Positions 30,158 to 40,878 of a DNA stretch of 64,000 bases are shown here, piece after piece. Each line of letters begins with the position of its first letter. The stretch's first letter is position 1. Source of the stretch: an uncultured Verrucomicrobiae bacterium (lineage in GTDB: Bacteria; Verrucomicrobiota; Verrucomicrobiia; Chthoniobacterales; Chthoniobacteraceae); contig CAWIKF010000002.1 in assembly GCA_963836755.1 (NCBI GenBank), positions 2,186,991 to 2,250,990 of the forward strand, written 5' to 3'. The notes under the pieces are model-generated. The model did not search any database. It was not told the DNA's origin and saw only the letters and a list, made by a program, of their open reading frames with translations. The translations under genes and the position numbers were made by a program.

Positions 30158-31078
30158 ATGTTCGCGTTCATTTTTCGCCGCCTCATCTCGCTGGTCTTCG
30201 TCCTTTTTTGTGTCGTCTCTATCACGTTTTTTTTGATCCGTCTCGCGCCGGGCGGACCGTTTGATCGTGAGCGGAAAATCCCGCCTCAAATCGAAAAGCA
30301 GTTGCTCGCGAAGTATCAACTCGATGGTCCGATCTCGCGCCAATACATCGATTATCTACGCGATTTGCTGCACGGCGATCTGCGCCTTTCCACAAAATAC
30401 CGCGACCGCAGCGTTAACGAACTTTTGGCGCAGTCGCTTCCAGTTTCCGCGGAGCTCGGCTTCGCGGCATTCCTCATCGCGACGCTCGGCGGCATCTGGC
30501 TCGGCTGCGTCGCTGCCGTGCGCCGCCACACGGCGATCGACACCGGCGCGATGCTCGCCGCGCTTTTCGCGATCTCCATTCCGATGTTTGTCGTCGGGCC
30601 GCTCCTCATTTTAGTTTTTGCGCTGAAATTGCGCTGGCTGCCGGTCGGCGGTTGGGGCACATGGCCCGCACTCGTCCTGCCCGCGCTGACGCTCGCCGGG
30701 CCATATGTGGCCTACATTGCGCGGCTCATGCGCGCGAGCATGCTCGAGGTGCTCGGCCAGGATTTCGTCCGCACCGCGCGTGCGAAAGGGCTCCCGCGGC
30801 CGCGCATTATTTACAAGCACGCGCTCAAGGTTGCGATCCTGCCGGTCGTCTCATTTCTCGGACCGCTCGCGGCAAATTTGCTGACCGGTTCGATCGTCGT
30901 CGAAGCAATTTTCAACATCCCCGGCGCCGGCGGATTTTTCGTCAACTCGATTCAAAATCGCGACGGCTTTTTGCTCGGCGGCGTCGTCATCGTTTACTGC
31001 ACGCTGCTCGTGATTTTAAATCTGCTCGTCGATATCAGCTATGGACTGCTCGACCGCCGGATCAAGGTGTATGGCTGA
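30158..31078 (+). CDS. oppB: Oligopeptide ABC permease OppB-like
   Basis: APGGPFD, FVRTARAKGL, VEAIFNIPG. Confidence 0.88.
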   Translation: MFAFIFRRLISLVFVLFCVVSITFFLIRLAPGGPFDRERKIPPQIEKQLLAKYQLDGPISRQYIDYLRDLLHGDLRLSTKYRDRSVNELLAQSLPVSAELGFAAFLIATLGGIWLGCVAAVRRHTAIDTGAMLAALFAISIPMFVVGPLLILVFALKLRWLPVGGWGTWPALVLPALTLAGPYVAYIARLMRASMLEVLGQDFVRTARAKGLPRPRIIYKHALKVAILPVVSFLGPLAANLLTGSIVVEAIFNIPGAGGFFVNSIQNRDGFLLGGVVIVYCTLLVILNLLVDISYGLLDRRIKVYG

Positions 31079-31976
31079 TCCGCGCGAAAAAAGTGCCTGG
31101 CAAAAGCTGCGCAAAATGCCCGCTGCGAAAGCGTCGCTGATCGTGCTCGCAGTCGTCGTGGTCGCGGCGATTTTCGGGCCGATTTTGCTGCCGGCAAAGT
31201 ATGCGTCACTGACGGAAAACCAATTCGCGCCGCCATCGCTCGCGCATCCGTTTGGCACCGATCTCAATGGCCGCGATGTCCTTTTTCGCGTGATGGAAGG
31301 CGCGCGCATTTCGCTGCTCGTCGGCATTTCCGGCGCGCTGATTTCGTTTTTTGTCGGCACGACCTACGGCCTCATCGCGGGCTACGCGGGCGGAAAAATC
31401 GACGCCGCGATGATGCGTGCGGTTGAGATTTTATATTCCATTCCGCGGCTCATCATCATCCTTGTTTTCATCAACGCGTTCGACATGCATTTGAAAAACT
31501 GGCTCGCACTGCACAACGCCGGCGCGCTCGTCGGCTACTCAAAAATCGTCATCCTCGTCCTCTCGCTCGGGCTCATCGAATGGCTCACGATGGCGCGCAT
31601 CGTGCGCGGTCAGGTGCTCTCGCTCAAGGCGCGGCAATTCGTCGATGCGGCGCGCAGCCTCGGGCAGAGCCGCGTGAAAATCGTGACACGCCATTTGCTG
31701 CCGAACCTCGCCGGCGTGGTCGTCATTTATCTCACGCTCACGATTCCTGCGGTGATTTTGGACGAATCTTTTTTGAGTTTTCTAGGCCTTGGAATCCAGG
31801 CGCCGCAGGCGAGCTGGGGCTCGCTGCTGAGCGACGGCGCGCAAGTGATCAATCCGATCCGCAGCAATTGGTGGCTGCTGGTTTTTCCGGCGCTCGTCAT
31901 GTCCGCGACGCTGCTCTCGCTAAACTTTCTCGGCGATGCTTTGCGTGATGTGCTCGACCCGCGAGCGCAGCAGTAG
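31071..31976 (+). CDS. oppC: Oligopeptide ABC permease OppC-like
   Basis: HPFGTDLNGRD, ARIVRGQ, ESFLSFLGLG, GDALRD. Confidence 0.88.
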   Translation: MADPREKSAWQKLRKMPAAKASLIVLAVVVVAAIFGPILLPAKYASLTENQFAPPSLAHPFGTDLNGRDVLFRVMEGARISLLVGISGALISFFVGTTYGLIAGYAGGKIDAAMMRAVEILYSIPRLIIILVFINAFDMHLKNWLALHNAGALVGYSKIVILVLSLGLIEWLTMARIVRGQVLSLKARQFVDAARSLGQSRVKIVTRHLLPNLAGVVVIYLTLTIPAVILDESFLSFLGLGIQAPQASWGSLLSDGAQVINPIRSNWWLLVFPALVMSATLLSLNFLGDALRDVLDPRAQQ

Positions 31977-32051
31977 AGCGGCTTCGGAGGAATTTTGACG
32001 CGATCAAAAGTTGGAGCTTGTCACAAAAATGCGCGTGCCTATTTTGCGGGA

Positions 32052-32768
32052 ATGCGTCTCCCCTCATTCCTCGCCGTTAAGCCGATCGCCGCGAAAACTT
32101 TTCTAAAAAATTCGGCGGCTGGCCTCGCATTTTGCGCTTCCCTTTTGATCGCCGCCTCGAGCGCAAAGGCCGCGGATGTTTCGACAAAAAGCGCGCTCGA
32201 AACGGACCCCGCCGGATGGGAAGACGTGTTGCCCCCGGCTGATTTGAAAGGCTGGTTTCGTGTGCCAATTCCGGCCACCGGAAAGTTGATCCGCCAGCAA
32301 TGGCATGTGGAAAATGGCGAGCTCGTTTGCGACGGCGATGGCGGGCACGACATGCTTTTGCTCGACCGCGAATTGCACGATTGCATTTTTCACGTCGAAT
32401 GTTGCTTCACGAAAATCGAGGGGAAAAAAGGTTACAACAGCGGCGTCTTCATCCGCACGTCGCGCGACGGCGCGATCTGGCATCAGGCGCAGGTCGGAAG
32501 TTTGTCCGGCGGATATTATTTCGGCGTCACGTCGTCCGAGCCCGGGACAAAAAAATACAAGAGCGGGCTGGGGCCGTGCCGGATGAAGGAAGCCGGCGAA
32601 TGGAACACGATGGAGCTGACAGCGCGTGGTCGTGTGCTGACGCTTTGGGTGAACGGTTTTCCGGCTGCGGAGGTTCCCGATTGCGGGATCGACAAAGGCT
32701 TCATCGGAGTGGAAGGCGAAGGATTTTTGATCCACTTTCGCAATCTGAAGCTCAAGGAACTGCACTAA
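32052..32768 (+). CDS. DUF1080 / 3-keto-disaccharide hydrolase family secreted protein
   Basis: DLKGW, WHVENG, NSGVF, GEWN, FRNLKLKE. Confidence 0.85.
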   Translation: MRLPSFLAVKPIAAKTFLKNSAAGLAFCASLLIAASSAKAADVSTKSALETDPAGWEDVLPPADLKGWFRVPIPATGKLIRQQWHVENGELVCDGDGGHDMLLLDRELHDCIFHVECCFTKIEGKKGYNSGVFIRTSRDGAIWHQAQVGSLSGGYYFGVTSSEPGTKKYKSGLGPCRMKEAGEWNTMELTARGRVLTLWVNGFPAAEVPDCGIDKGFIGVEGEGFLIHFRNLKLKELH

Positions 32769-32846
32769 AACGTCACGCGATTTTCCACGGCGCGGTTCCA
32801 AAATCGGCTGTGCGATTGTTGCTAGCGCGTCAAAGTTTGCCGCGCG

Positions 32847-33239
32847 CTATGAGGCCGGACGGTCACCGGACGGGAGATTCGCCTCGATGAATTTCACAAG
32901 GGCGTCGAGGCTCACCGGCTTCGCCATGAACGGGAATCCGCCGATCAAATTCCCATCGACCGCTTCTTTTTTCGAAACGATCGCCGTCAAAAAAACGATT
33001 TTCGATTTCGACAAACTTCCGTCGGCTTGAATCTGCCGCGCGACATCGCCGCCGTCGATTTTTGGCATCACGATATCGAGCAGGATCAAGTCCGGACGAA
33101 ACTCGCGCGCGGTTTCGAGCGCCTTCGTGCCATCATTTTGCTCGCGCACGATGTAGTCACCGGTGCGCTCGAGCGTCAGTTTCATGAGCCGGGTGAAACC
33201 GGATTCGTCATCGACGATGAGGATGCGTTTTTTTTCCAT
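32847..33239 (-). CDS. Single-domain response regulator
   Basis: ILIVDDE, LDIVMP, FLTA, KPV. Confidence 0.9.
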   Translation of the reverse strand: MEKKRILIVDDESGFTRLMKLTLERTGDYIVREQNDGTKALETAREFRPDLILLDIVMPKIDGGDVARQIQADGSLSKSKIVFLTAIVSKKEAVDGNLIGGFPFMAKPVSLDALVKFIEANLPSGDRPAS

Positions 33240-33245
33240 AGGGGC

Positions 33246-35228
33246 TCAGCCTTTGAACATGAGAGTAACGCGGGCGCCGCCCTCGGGTCGATTACGAATC
33301 TCGATGATGCCGCCGTGCAAATCCATGATCGAGCGCGTGACGCTGAGCCCGAGGCCGGTCCCCTGCCCGGTCGGCTTGGTGGTGTAAAATGGGTCGAATA
33401 CTTTCGTGAGTTTGTCCTCGGAAATGCCCGGGCCGGTGTCGTCGACCTCGACGATGATGACAGTGTCGCCGACGCGAAAAGATTCGGAGCGATTGCCGCC
33501 AATGTTTGCGCCGACGCCGGTGAGCTGCTGCGCAAAAGTGCGGACGGTGAGCGTGCCGGATTTCTCGATCGCATGCGCGGCGTTTGTAAAAAGGTTGATG
33601 AACACCTGACCGACCTTCATCGCGTCCAGTTTCACGCGCGGCAGATCGGGCTGCAGTTGTTTAACGATATGGAAGCCGGAGCCCCGCATCTCGCCGCGCA
33701 CCAGGCGGAGCGAGCGCTCGATGATCTCGTTCAGATTTTGTTCGCTGACCTCGAGTTTGCGCGGCGCGGAAAAATCAAGCAGGCCGCGGATGACATTGTC
33801 CGCGCGCTGCACCGCGTCGGTCAGATCTTTTAAAATATGCGGCACGTTTGAATCGTCCGCGAAATCTTGCTGCCGCAGGTAATCGATTCCCATCGTGATG
33901 ATCGCGAGCGGATTTTTCACCTCGTGCGCGACGCCGGCCGCGAGCCGTCCGATTGATTTCATTTTCTCGGCCTCGATGAGCTGAAGCTGGATGCCGCGCA
34001 ACTCCTCGTGCGCTTTTTTTAAATCAGCAAGCGCGGCGGACAGTTCCACGTTTGCCGCTCGCACGCGGTCGTCGGCGAGCTTCTGCTCAGTGATGTCGCG
34101 GCCGATGCAGACGAGACCGGTGATCTTTCCGCTTTCATTTCGCAGCGGCACTTTCGTCGTCAAAAGCCAGCGGCGTTCACCGGCCGAACTGGTGGCAATT
34201 TCCTCGTGATTTAGCAGCGGCTCGCCGGAGCGCGTGATGATGTCGTCGCTGGCTTTGAAATGCTCTGCGACTTCCTGCGGGAAAAAGTCGAAGACGGTTT
34301 TGCCAATGATCTCGCTCCCTTCTTTGACGCCGAGAAATCGCGCGTGGGCGATGTTGTCGAGCAGGTATCGGCCTTCCACATTTTTCACGTAGATCGGGTC
34401 GGGCAAATTATCGATGACACCGCGCAGCAAATTTCGTTCGGCAGCCAACTGCTCCTCCATCCGCTTGAATTCGGTGACGTCGCGCGAGATGCCGGTGGTT
34501 CCGATCACGCGGCCCTGGCGGTCGCGCAGCGGCAACTTTGTCGTCAAAACCCATCGCGTGCGTCCATCGGCCCGCACTTCTTTTTCGATTTGCGCGACCA
34601 AAGGCTCGCCGGTGTGGATGACCTGCAGCTCGTCTTCAAAAAATCGCTGCGCCTGCGCCGGGTCGATGAAATCAGCGTCACTTTTTCCGATGACGTCCTC
34701 ATATTTGTCCTTGTTGAACAACCGCAACATCGCCGGGTTCACGCGGAGGAATCGGCTGTCGCGATCCTTGAAATAAATGCGGTCGGGAATGTGATCGAGC
34801 AGCGATTGAAGCAGGTCGCGCTCGTGCGCCAGCGCATGCTCCGCGCGGTTTCGCTCGATCGCGTAACGCATCGCGCGCAAAAGCAACTGGCCATCGAACC
34901 GGCCTTTCGCGAGATAATCCTGTGCGCCCGCGTGCACCGTTCGCAAAGCGAGCTCCTCGTCGTCGAGCCCGCTCAGCACAATGATCGGCACGTGCGGCAC
35001 GAGCTTGTTTAACTGCAAAAAGGTGTCGAATCCGCTGCTGTCGGGCAGCGACATGTCGAGCAGGATGAGGTCAAAGTCGCCTTCGCGTAAAAGTTCGATC
35101 GCGTCGCTGAGGCGGCGAGCATTTGCCGCGATGACGAAGGATTCGTTTTCGCGCAGCGACTCTTCGAGCAGGCGGGTATCGCCGACATTATCCTCGACGA
35201 GCAGGACGCGGAATCTGGAGGGAGACAC
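33246..35228 (-). CDS. REC-PAS-PAS sensor histidine kinase
   Basis: N-terminal REC, two PAS/PAC repeats, AHEVKNP, DDTGPG, GTGLGL. Confidence 0.92.
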   Translation of the reverse strand: MSPSRFRVLLVEDNVGDTRLLEESLRENESFVIAANARRLSDAIELLREGDFDLILLDMSLPDSSGFDTFLQLNKLVPHVPIIVLSGLDDEELALRTVHAGAQDYLAKGRFDGQLLLRAMRYAIERNRAEHALAHERDLLQSLLDHIPDRIYFKDRDSRFLRVNPAMLRLFNKDKYEDVIGKSDADFIDPAQAQRFFEDELQVIHTGEPLVAQIEKEVRADGRTRWVLTTKLPLRDRQGRVIGTTGISRDVTEFKRMEEQLAAERNLLRGVIDNLPDPIYVKNVEGRYLLDNIAHARFLGVKEGSEIIGKTVFDFFPQEVAEHFKASDDIITRSGEPLLNHEEIATSSAGERRWLLTTKVPLRNESGKITGLVCIGRDITEQKLADDRVRAANVELSAALADLKKAHEELRGIQLQLIEAEKMKSIGRLAAGVAHEVKNPLAIITMGIDYLRQQDFADDSNVPHILKDLTDAVQRADNVIRGLLDFSAPRKLEVSEQNLNEIIERSLRLVRGEMRGSGFHIVKQLQPDLPRVKLDAMKVGQVFINLFTNAAHAIEKSGTLTVRTFAQQLTGVGANIGGNRSESFRVGDTVIIVEVDDTGPGISEDKLTKVFDPFYTTKPTGQGTGLGLSVTRSIMDLHGGIIEIRNRPEGGARVTLMFKG

Positions 35229-35284
35229 GGGGCAGAAATAATTGCGCGTGGCGTGGCAAAAGGCGAGCAGATGTTTTACGCGTG

Positions 35285-35300
35285 TGGCACACGCTTTGCA
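35285..35300 (+). promoter_or_regulatory. Sigma-54 (-24/-12) promoter
   Basis: TGGCAC-ACGCT-TTGCA with exact GG-N10-GC spacing. Confidence 0.75.
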
Positions 35301-35318
35301 TAAGCAACCGGCGAACTC

Positions 35319-35396
35319 ATGCCGATCCTTCTTTTCGTCATCGCAATCCTCGCCGGCTTTTTCTGCGTCGTCGCGTGGCGAACCAAAGGCTGGTAA
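35319..35396 (+). CDS. Putative 25-aa single-TM small protein
   Basis: MPILLFVIAILAGFFCVVAWRTKGW*, just downstream of the sigma-54 site. Confidence 0.5.
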   Translation: MPILLFVIAILAGFFCVVAWRTKGW

Positions 35397-35747
35397 AGCG
35401 TCCTTGCGCTTTTAGAAGAAGAAGCGACGGCTAACGATGCCAGCTGACGGGCGAGATTTGACCGCCCTCTGACCACCAGCAATGGCCGGTCCAGATGCCG
35501 AGAACTTTTTTGCCGCTGCCGAAAACGCACGAGACGACTTCGTAGCGGACCGGCTTCACGAGGCGGGCGCAATGGAAACGAGCAAGCTTCGGCATGGCGT
35601 CGCTTTCAGAGCAAATGACGTGCCGAGGTGCGCTCGAAGCTTATTTCGCGGTTTGGCGAAAAACTCCCGTGACTAGCGCATCACAATAGGGGAATGTCCT
35701 TATTATCCATGGAAAATCTCCCAGCATTTCTAGCCTGCGTGAACTCA

Positions 35748-35779
35748 TGTTACGGAAAAGTAACACTTCAAACTTTGCC
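35748..35779 (+). promoter_or_regulatory. Palindrome TGTTAC-N6-GTAACA followed at 8 nt by TTTGCC
   Basis: Same geometry at 41660 and 42921. Confidence 0.6.
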
Positions 35780-35809
35780 TTCCGTCGCGCGAGAAGGCAT
35801 TAGGGCCGG

Positions 35810-36433
35810 ATGAAACTTCGGACTTGGCAAAAGGCGGCCTTCACGCTGGTCGAGCTGCTGACCGTCATGAGCATTATCTGCATAATGCTCGTTGCCACCG
35901 TCCCCGCGATTCAAGGTCTCTCAAAGAGCTCCTCGCGCCAGGCAGCGGTCAACATGCTGATGGATGTGATGGATCAGGCCCGCGGCCTGGCGATCACGCA
36001 GGGGCGGCCGGCTTACGTGGTTTTTGCGGATGGGAATCTGCCGGGGGATAAAATGGACCGCGCCGTGTGTATTTTCTCCGATAATTCCGATCCGGCGCAG
36101 CCGCCGAGCATGCAGACGAAATGGAGCACGCTGCCCACCGGCTACTGCTTTAAGAACGACTCCTCAGTTTCGACCATCCTGAATGCGCCCGCGGACACGC
36201 CGGCAATCACGTTCTCAGGCCAGGGCTTCACCAAAGTCGCTTTCCCTTACGTTCGATTCAGCGCGACTGGCGAGGTGCTTCATCCGACGAATCCAAATTA
36301 TTCGCGAATCGTCCTCCTGAACGGATTCACCAATCCAAACGGCACGCAGGTTTCCACTTCCCCCTCCACGGTCACAGACCAGATCGTCGTTTCCCGATAC
36401 ACGGGGCGGCCGAAATACGTGAACGGGTTATGA
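35810..36433 (+). CDS. Pseudopilin, Verru_Chthon cassette protein D-like (FimT/GspH-like)
   Basis: AFTLVELLTVMSII; C-terminal YTGRP. Confidence 0.8.
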   Translation: MKLRTWQKAAFTLVELLTVMSIICIMLVATVPAIQGLSKSSSRQAAVNMLMDVMDQARGLAITQGRPAYVVFADGNLPGDKMDRAVCIFSDNSDPAQPPSMQTKWSTLPTGYCFKNDSSVSTILNAPADTPAITFSGQGFTKVAFPYVRFSATGEVLHPTNPNYSRIVLLNGFTNPNGTQVSTSPSTVTDQIVVSRYTGRPKYVNGL

Positions 36434-36918
36434 AAAAAAAGTCCGCCGGCTTTTCGCTCATCGAGGTCGCGCTCGCGCTCGGTGTGATCGTTTTTGGTCT
36501 CGTCACGATGCTTGGCGTTTTCCCGATGGGCCTCGATGACAGCCGGACGAGCGTGAAGGAAACACGCGGCGCTCAGATGGCGCGGGCGGTTTTTTCCACG
36601 TTACAGACGCCTTCTTTCAATGCGGTCGATTGCTATGGTCAAACACTCGATCTTTCCTCGCTCGACACGAGCTCGACGCCGGTCTTGCTCTACGCAAAAT
36701 TCTCCGATCCGGCGCAGCCGACCATCAGCTCGACGCGTGACTCCGACTCCATCTACACACTGGAGCTTCGCTTCAACCAGAACGTGACCCCCGCCGTCAC
36801 TCCCGTCACGCTGAAGCCGATGACGCAGGGCACGGCAAATCTCGTGACGCTGACCATTTACGCGCAGACCAAAGACTCAGGAACCGTCCAATTCGCCACC
36901 GTCATCGGCGATTACTAA
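36430..36918 (+). CDS. Pseudopilin, Verru_Chthon cassette protein B-like (PilV-like)
   Basis: GFSLIEVALALGVIVFGLVTMLGVFPMGL. Confidence 0.82.
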   Translation: MKKKSAGFSLIEVALALGVIVFGLVTMLGVFPMGLDDSRTSVKETRGAQMARAVFSTLQTPSFNAVDCYGQTLDLSSLDTSSTPVLLYAKFSDPAQPTISSTRDSDSIYTLELRFNQNVTPAVTPVTLKPMTQGTANLVTLTIYAQTKDSGTVQFATVIGDY

Positions 36919-36919
36919 G

Positions 36920-37765
36920 ATGCCTCGAGTTCATCGCGCGAAGAGTGGTTTCACTCTCATCGAAATATTGTTGGCAACGGCGATCACCGCTCTGATCGTG
37001 GTCCTGCTCATGCACATCTTTTCGGCGACTGCGACGACATGGACGCATGCCGAGCAGCGCACCGACGCCTTCCGCGAAGCGCGCGCCGCGCTCGAGAGCA
37101 TGGACCGCGACTTGCGCAACGCCGTGCCCGCGCCGAAGCCGTCCGCCAGCCCCGATCCGTCGCCTCCGATGCTGGTTTTAAACTTTGACCCCAACACCGC
37201 GTCGCAGGATCAGGTGAATGAGGAAATCTACATGATCAGTTCGCATCCGAATTCCGGGAAAAGCGATCTTTGCACGATCGGCTACCATTGCGTCTGGAAC
37301 GCGACGACGAAATGCTACGTGCTCCGGCGAATCTTCAAGGACAGCGACGCGACTTTCGCCGCCTTCAAGAAAGCCGCTTCGGATGTGCCGATGACCTTTG
37401 CCGATCTCTACACTTATTCCGCATTGATTGATGACAGCAGCGCCGCAACCCAAACGCCTCCCGCCGACGAGGAAGACGTCGCCTCCTACATCTGGGACCT
37501 GACCTTTCGCCCTTGCGTGAACAACACCCTTTCGACCTCGTATCCGAAGACGAGCTATTCCTCGGTGTTCCCGCTCTGGATCGAGATTCGGTTCAAAGCA
37601 GTCGGCGCATCCGCGGTCAACAAATTGAAGACTCTTCCCATCACCCGCTCGACATGGGAAACGCCGAATGATCCGCTTTTCAAAAACACCATCCTGCCGT
37701 ATTCGCAGCAGTTTGTGATGCGGGTCAAACTTGTCACCTCCACGTCCGGCTCCAGCACGCCATGA
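36920..37765 (+). CDS. Pseudopilin, Verru_Chthon cassette protein C-like (PilW-like)
   Basis: GFTLIEILLA...FREARAALESMDRDL. Confidence 0.82.
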   Translation: MPRVHRAKSGFTLIEILLATAITALIVVLLMHIFSATATTWTHAEQRTDAFREARAALESMDRDLRNAVPAPKPSASPDPSPPMLVLNFDPNTASQDQVNEEIYMISSHPNSGKSDLCTIGYHCVWNATTKCYVLRRIFKDSDATFAAFKKAASDVPMTFADLYTYSALIDDSSAATQTPPADEEDVASYIWDLTFRPCVNNTLSTSYPKTSYSSVFPLWIEIRFKAVGASAVNKLKTLPITRSTWETPNDPLFKNTILPYSQQFVMRVKLVTSTSGSSTP

Positions 37766-40700
37766 AACAGCCAATCCACACCCAACGCGGCTTTGCGCTC
37801 GTGGTAGCGCTCATCATTCTCTCGCTGCTCGCGATCATCACCGCCGCCTTTCTTTCCAGCATGAGCATGGAGCGAAAAACGGCGCGCGCCTTTGGCAATT
37901 CCGCCCGGGCCGAACTCGCCGCGCAGGCTGCGGTCGCGCAAGGCATCGAGACTTTGAAGACACAGTTCCAGACGCATCCCGACTCAGCGACCACTTGGGA
38001 AACGCTCGCAGTCGGCTCCGGGGCAAGCTCCGGCACGGTCGATGGGACGGTGCTTTACTATCGCGATCATCCGAACGGCGCGGCGATCAATTCGGCCAGC
38101 GATACCATCTCCGTCCTGCCGTTGATGTCCGGTGCCAGCGTGCAGGATGTCGCGGCGAAAAGCAGCGCGGTCACCGTTCCATATTCGGCGAAAAGTTACA
38201 CCGACGCCGACAATACCTACGACCTCAATCACGCGCGCACCGCCGGCGACGCCGCCGGCTGGATTGGCTCGCCCGTCCCGCTTGGCAGCACGCCGAAAAC
38301 GTTTCGCGTCCCGTGGGTCGAGATCAAGGACCCGACCGTCACGACGAACGCGAAGGTGATCTCCCGCTACGCCTTTTGGATCGAGGACGAAAGTTTCAAG
38401 GTCAACTTTAACCTCGCCGGCAAAGTTGTCCGCGGCGCAGCCACCGTCGGCACCGGTCCTTCGCAAATCCCGATGCAAGGCGTCTTCCAGATCGCGATGA
38501 ACGGCTCCAATTACGACCAGCTCGCGAGCAGCGTCTTCGATCTGCGCAACCTTTTCTCCACCAAGTCGCTCCTCGAATACCGCGCGCTCAACCAGATCGA
38601 CGGCCAGCCGACGCTCGCCGACAGCAACAAATTCTACGGCACCATTTTCTCCGGCGGCCTCAACATATCCCGCACCGGCGCGAAGCGGCTCAACCTGAAC
38701 GCCGTCGTCAAGGATTCCACCGACGCCACCACCATCCGCAAGCAGCTCGACCAAATTATTTACGCCATCAACTCCCAGCTCCCGAATTTCGGCCAGCGCT
38801 TCTACCGCAACGGGACCGACCTCAACGCCCTCGACGTCTCCGGCACCGCGCCCGGCCCGGCCAGCGACCAGATGACCGACGTCTATCTTCAGAAAATCGC
38901 CTGCAACATCCGCGATTACATCGACACCGACAGCCAGCCGACCATCGTTAACAACGACGCCGCCAAAACCGTCCTCATCGGCACCAAGCCGACCGACGCC
39001 TACCTGACCCCGGCCCACACCAACACCGGCGCGAATGCCATTCTCGCCATCGGCAAGGAACGCGTCCCGATGCTGGATGAATACGCCTTCCTGGTCTATT
39101 CGATCTCGCCATTCAGCAATCTAACCTCCAGCGCCACCAACAAGTCCTCCACCTTCAACGTCGGGATGGACCACTACTTCGAGTTTTGGAACATGACCGG
39201 CAAGGACATCAATGTCTCCGACCTCGGGCCAAATCCGTTTTTGAAATTGCTCAATCAGCCCGACTGGGACCTCACCACCCGCGCCTCCGGCAACGCCACC
39301 ACCGGCGTCCCACCCGCCAATCGCACCTCCCAGCCCGACATCAATCCCAAGGACTCCATTCCGAACGATGCCAAGCGCGACATCGAAATTCCGCTCAGCG
39401 AGTTTCCAAATCTCGTCTTCAAAGCCGGCAAGCCCACCGTCCTCACCACGCATCCGACCTCCGACGAGCCACCGGGCTTCCTGCCAAACGCCAGCCTCGT
39501 CTTTCGCTGGACACCCGCCAGTGGACGGCAATCCTACGCCGACTACCATCGCATCTACAGCGGCGTCACCATCTCGGCCAATTCCAGCAAGCAATTCCGC
39601 CTCCTGATGAACGCCCGCAATTCCGGCCTCACCGACGCCGATTCGCGCTGCTTCATCGGCAACGACTACGGCGTCCTCGAAAATGACCCGAGCCTCCCGA
39701 TCATCCGCAGCTCGGGCAACCAGGACATCTCCTATCAAGATGTCACCGTCTTCCGCGGCGGCTCCCTTTGCGGCACCAACGCCACCCCCTCCCAATACGG
39801 CGATCCGCGCACGAACCAGGAGCAGTTGAACATCTGCACCTACGACACCGCCCTCAACTTTGACGCCACACGCTACTTCACCTCGGGCCTCGACAGCAGC
39901 GTCCCCGGTAACAGCTCCCTCACCGAGATCGACTCCGCACCGCCGGGGAACTTCGTCAGCTTCTCCAAATGGAGCGACCCGTGGCCGAACCCCGCGAGCC
40001 CTTACACCAGCGACGCCACGCATGCGCCCTCCGTCCAGGCCAATGCTCCCCTCACCTCCATCGGCCAGCTCGGCGACATCTTCGATCCCGCGCGCAAAAT
40101 CAACACCTCCAGCAGCGGCTCCGGCGACATCACCTACAGCCGCGGCGGCGGGCGCACTTTCAAAATCGGCCAGCCCGACGGCTACGACGCCACCAACAAC
40201 ACCGGCGGCCTCTGGGACGGCAAATCAAAATCCGCCAGCCGCGATTGGACCGCGTGGCGGCTCGCCGATATTTTCAGCATCAATGACGACACCACCACCC
40301 CCGGCCTCATCAACATCAACGGCGTCCGGCGCGACGGCGGCGCCGCTTTGAAGGCCGCGCTCTACGGGCTGATCTTTGCCGCCGATTCCGACCCGCAGCT
40401 CGCGGGTCAAACTTTCTACGACGCCACCACCACCGCGCCGATCGCCGCCCTCGTCCAGCAGCTCACCGACCGGCTCAACAACGCCAGCACTTTCACCAAC
40501 ACCGTCGGGCCATTCGCCGAACGCGGCGAATTTTCCGAGATGCCCATCTTCGACAAGGGCACCAGCCTTTACACCGGCGCAAACATGACAAACGTCAACG
40601 ACCGCGGCCGCGAGGAACTTTTCCGCCGTCTCGTCGAGATGACCACCACGCGCGGCAACATTTTCTCCATCTACGCCGTCGGCCAGGCCATTACGCAGAG

Positions 40701-40878
40701 CGCCACCGGCGCGAAAATCGTCACCAGCACCAACCAGACGAAGGTCACCTTCGAGATCGACCCCGTCTGGAACACGCCGCCGCCCACCACCTTTGACCCG
40801 ACTGATGCCAACGCAGCCAAAACCCGATTCAAGACACCCGACCATTATGCCATCAAAATTCTTCAGGTTAGCAATTAG
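37762..40878 (+). CDS. Large PilX/GspK-like protein, Verru_Chthon cassette protein A-like
   Basis: RGFALVVALIIL, RYAFWIEDESFKVN, TTRGNIFSIYAVGQA; 1038 aa. Confidence 0.8.
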   Translation: MKQPIHTQRGFALVVALIILSLLAIITAAFLSSMSMERKTARAFGNSARAELAAQAAVAQGIETLKTQFQTHPDSATTWETLAVGSGASSGTVDGTVLYYRDHPNGAAINSASDTISVLPLMSGASVQDVAAKSSAVTVPYSAKSYTDADNTYDLNHARTAGDAAGWIGSPVPLGSTPKTFRVPWVEIKDPTVTTNAKVISRYAFWIEDESFKVNFNLAGKVVRGAATVGTGPSQIPMQGVFQIAMNGSNYDQLASSVFDLRNLFSTKSLLEYRALNQIDGQPTLADSNKFYGTIFSGGLNISRTGAKRLNLNAVVKDSTDATTIRKQLDQIIYAINSQLPNFGQRFYRNGTDLNALDVSGTAPGPASDQMTDVYLQKIACNIRDYIDTDSQPTIVNNDAAKTVLIGTKPTDAYLTPAHTNTGANAILAIGKERVPMLDEYAFLVYSISPFSNLTSSATNKSSTFNVGMDHYFEFWNMTGKDINVSDLGPNPFLKLLNQPDWDLTTRASGNATTGVPPANRTSQPDINPKDSIPNDAKRDIEIPLSEFPNLVFKAGKPTVLTTHPTSDEPPGFLPNASLVFRWTPASGRQSYADYHRIYSGVTISANSSKQFRLLMNARNSGLTDADSRCFIGNDYGVLENDPSLPIIRSSGNQDISYQDVTVFRGGSLCGTNATPSQYGDPRTNQEQLNICTYDTALNFDATRYFTSGLDSSVPGNSSLTEIDSAPPGNFVSFSKWSDPWPNPASPYTSDATHAPSVQANAPLTSIGQLGDIFDPARKINTSSSGSGDITYSRGGGRTFKIGQPDGYDATNNTGGLWDGKSKSASRDWTAWRLADIFSINDDTTTPGLININGVRRDGGAALKAALYGLIFAADSDPQLAGQTFYDATTTAPIAALVQQLTDRLNNASTFTNTVGPFAERGEFSEMPIFDKGTSLYTGANMTNVNDRGREELFRRLVEMTTTRGNIFSIYAVGQAITQSATGAKIVTSTNQTKVTFEIDPVWNTPPPTTFDPTDANAAKTRFKTPDHYAIKILQVSN

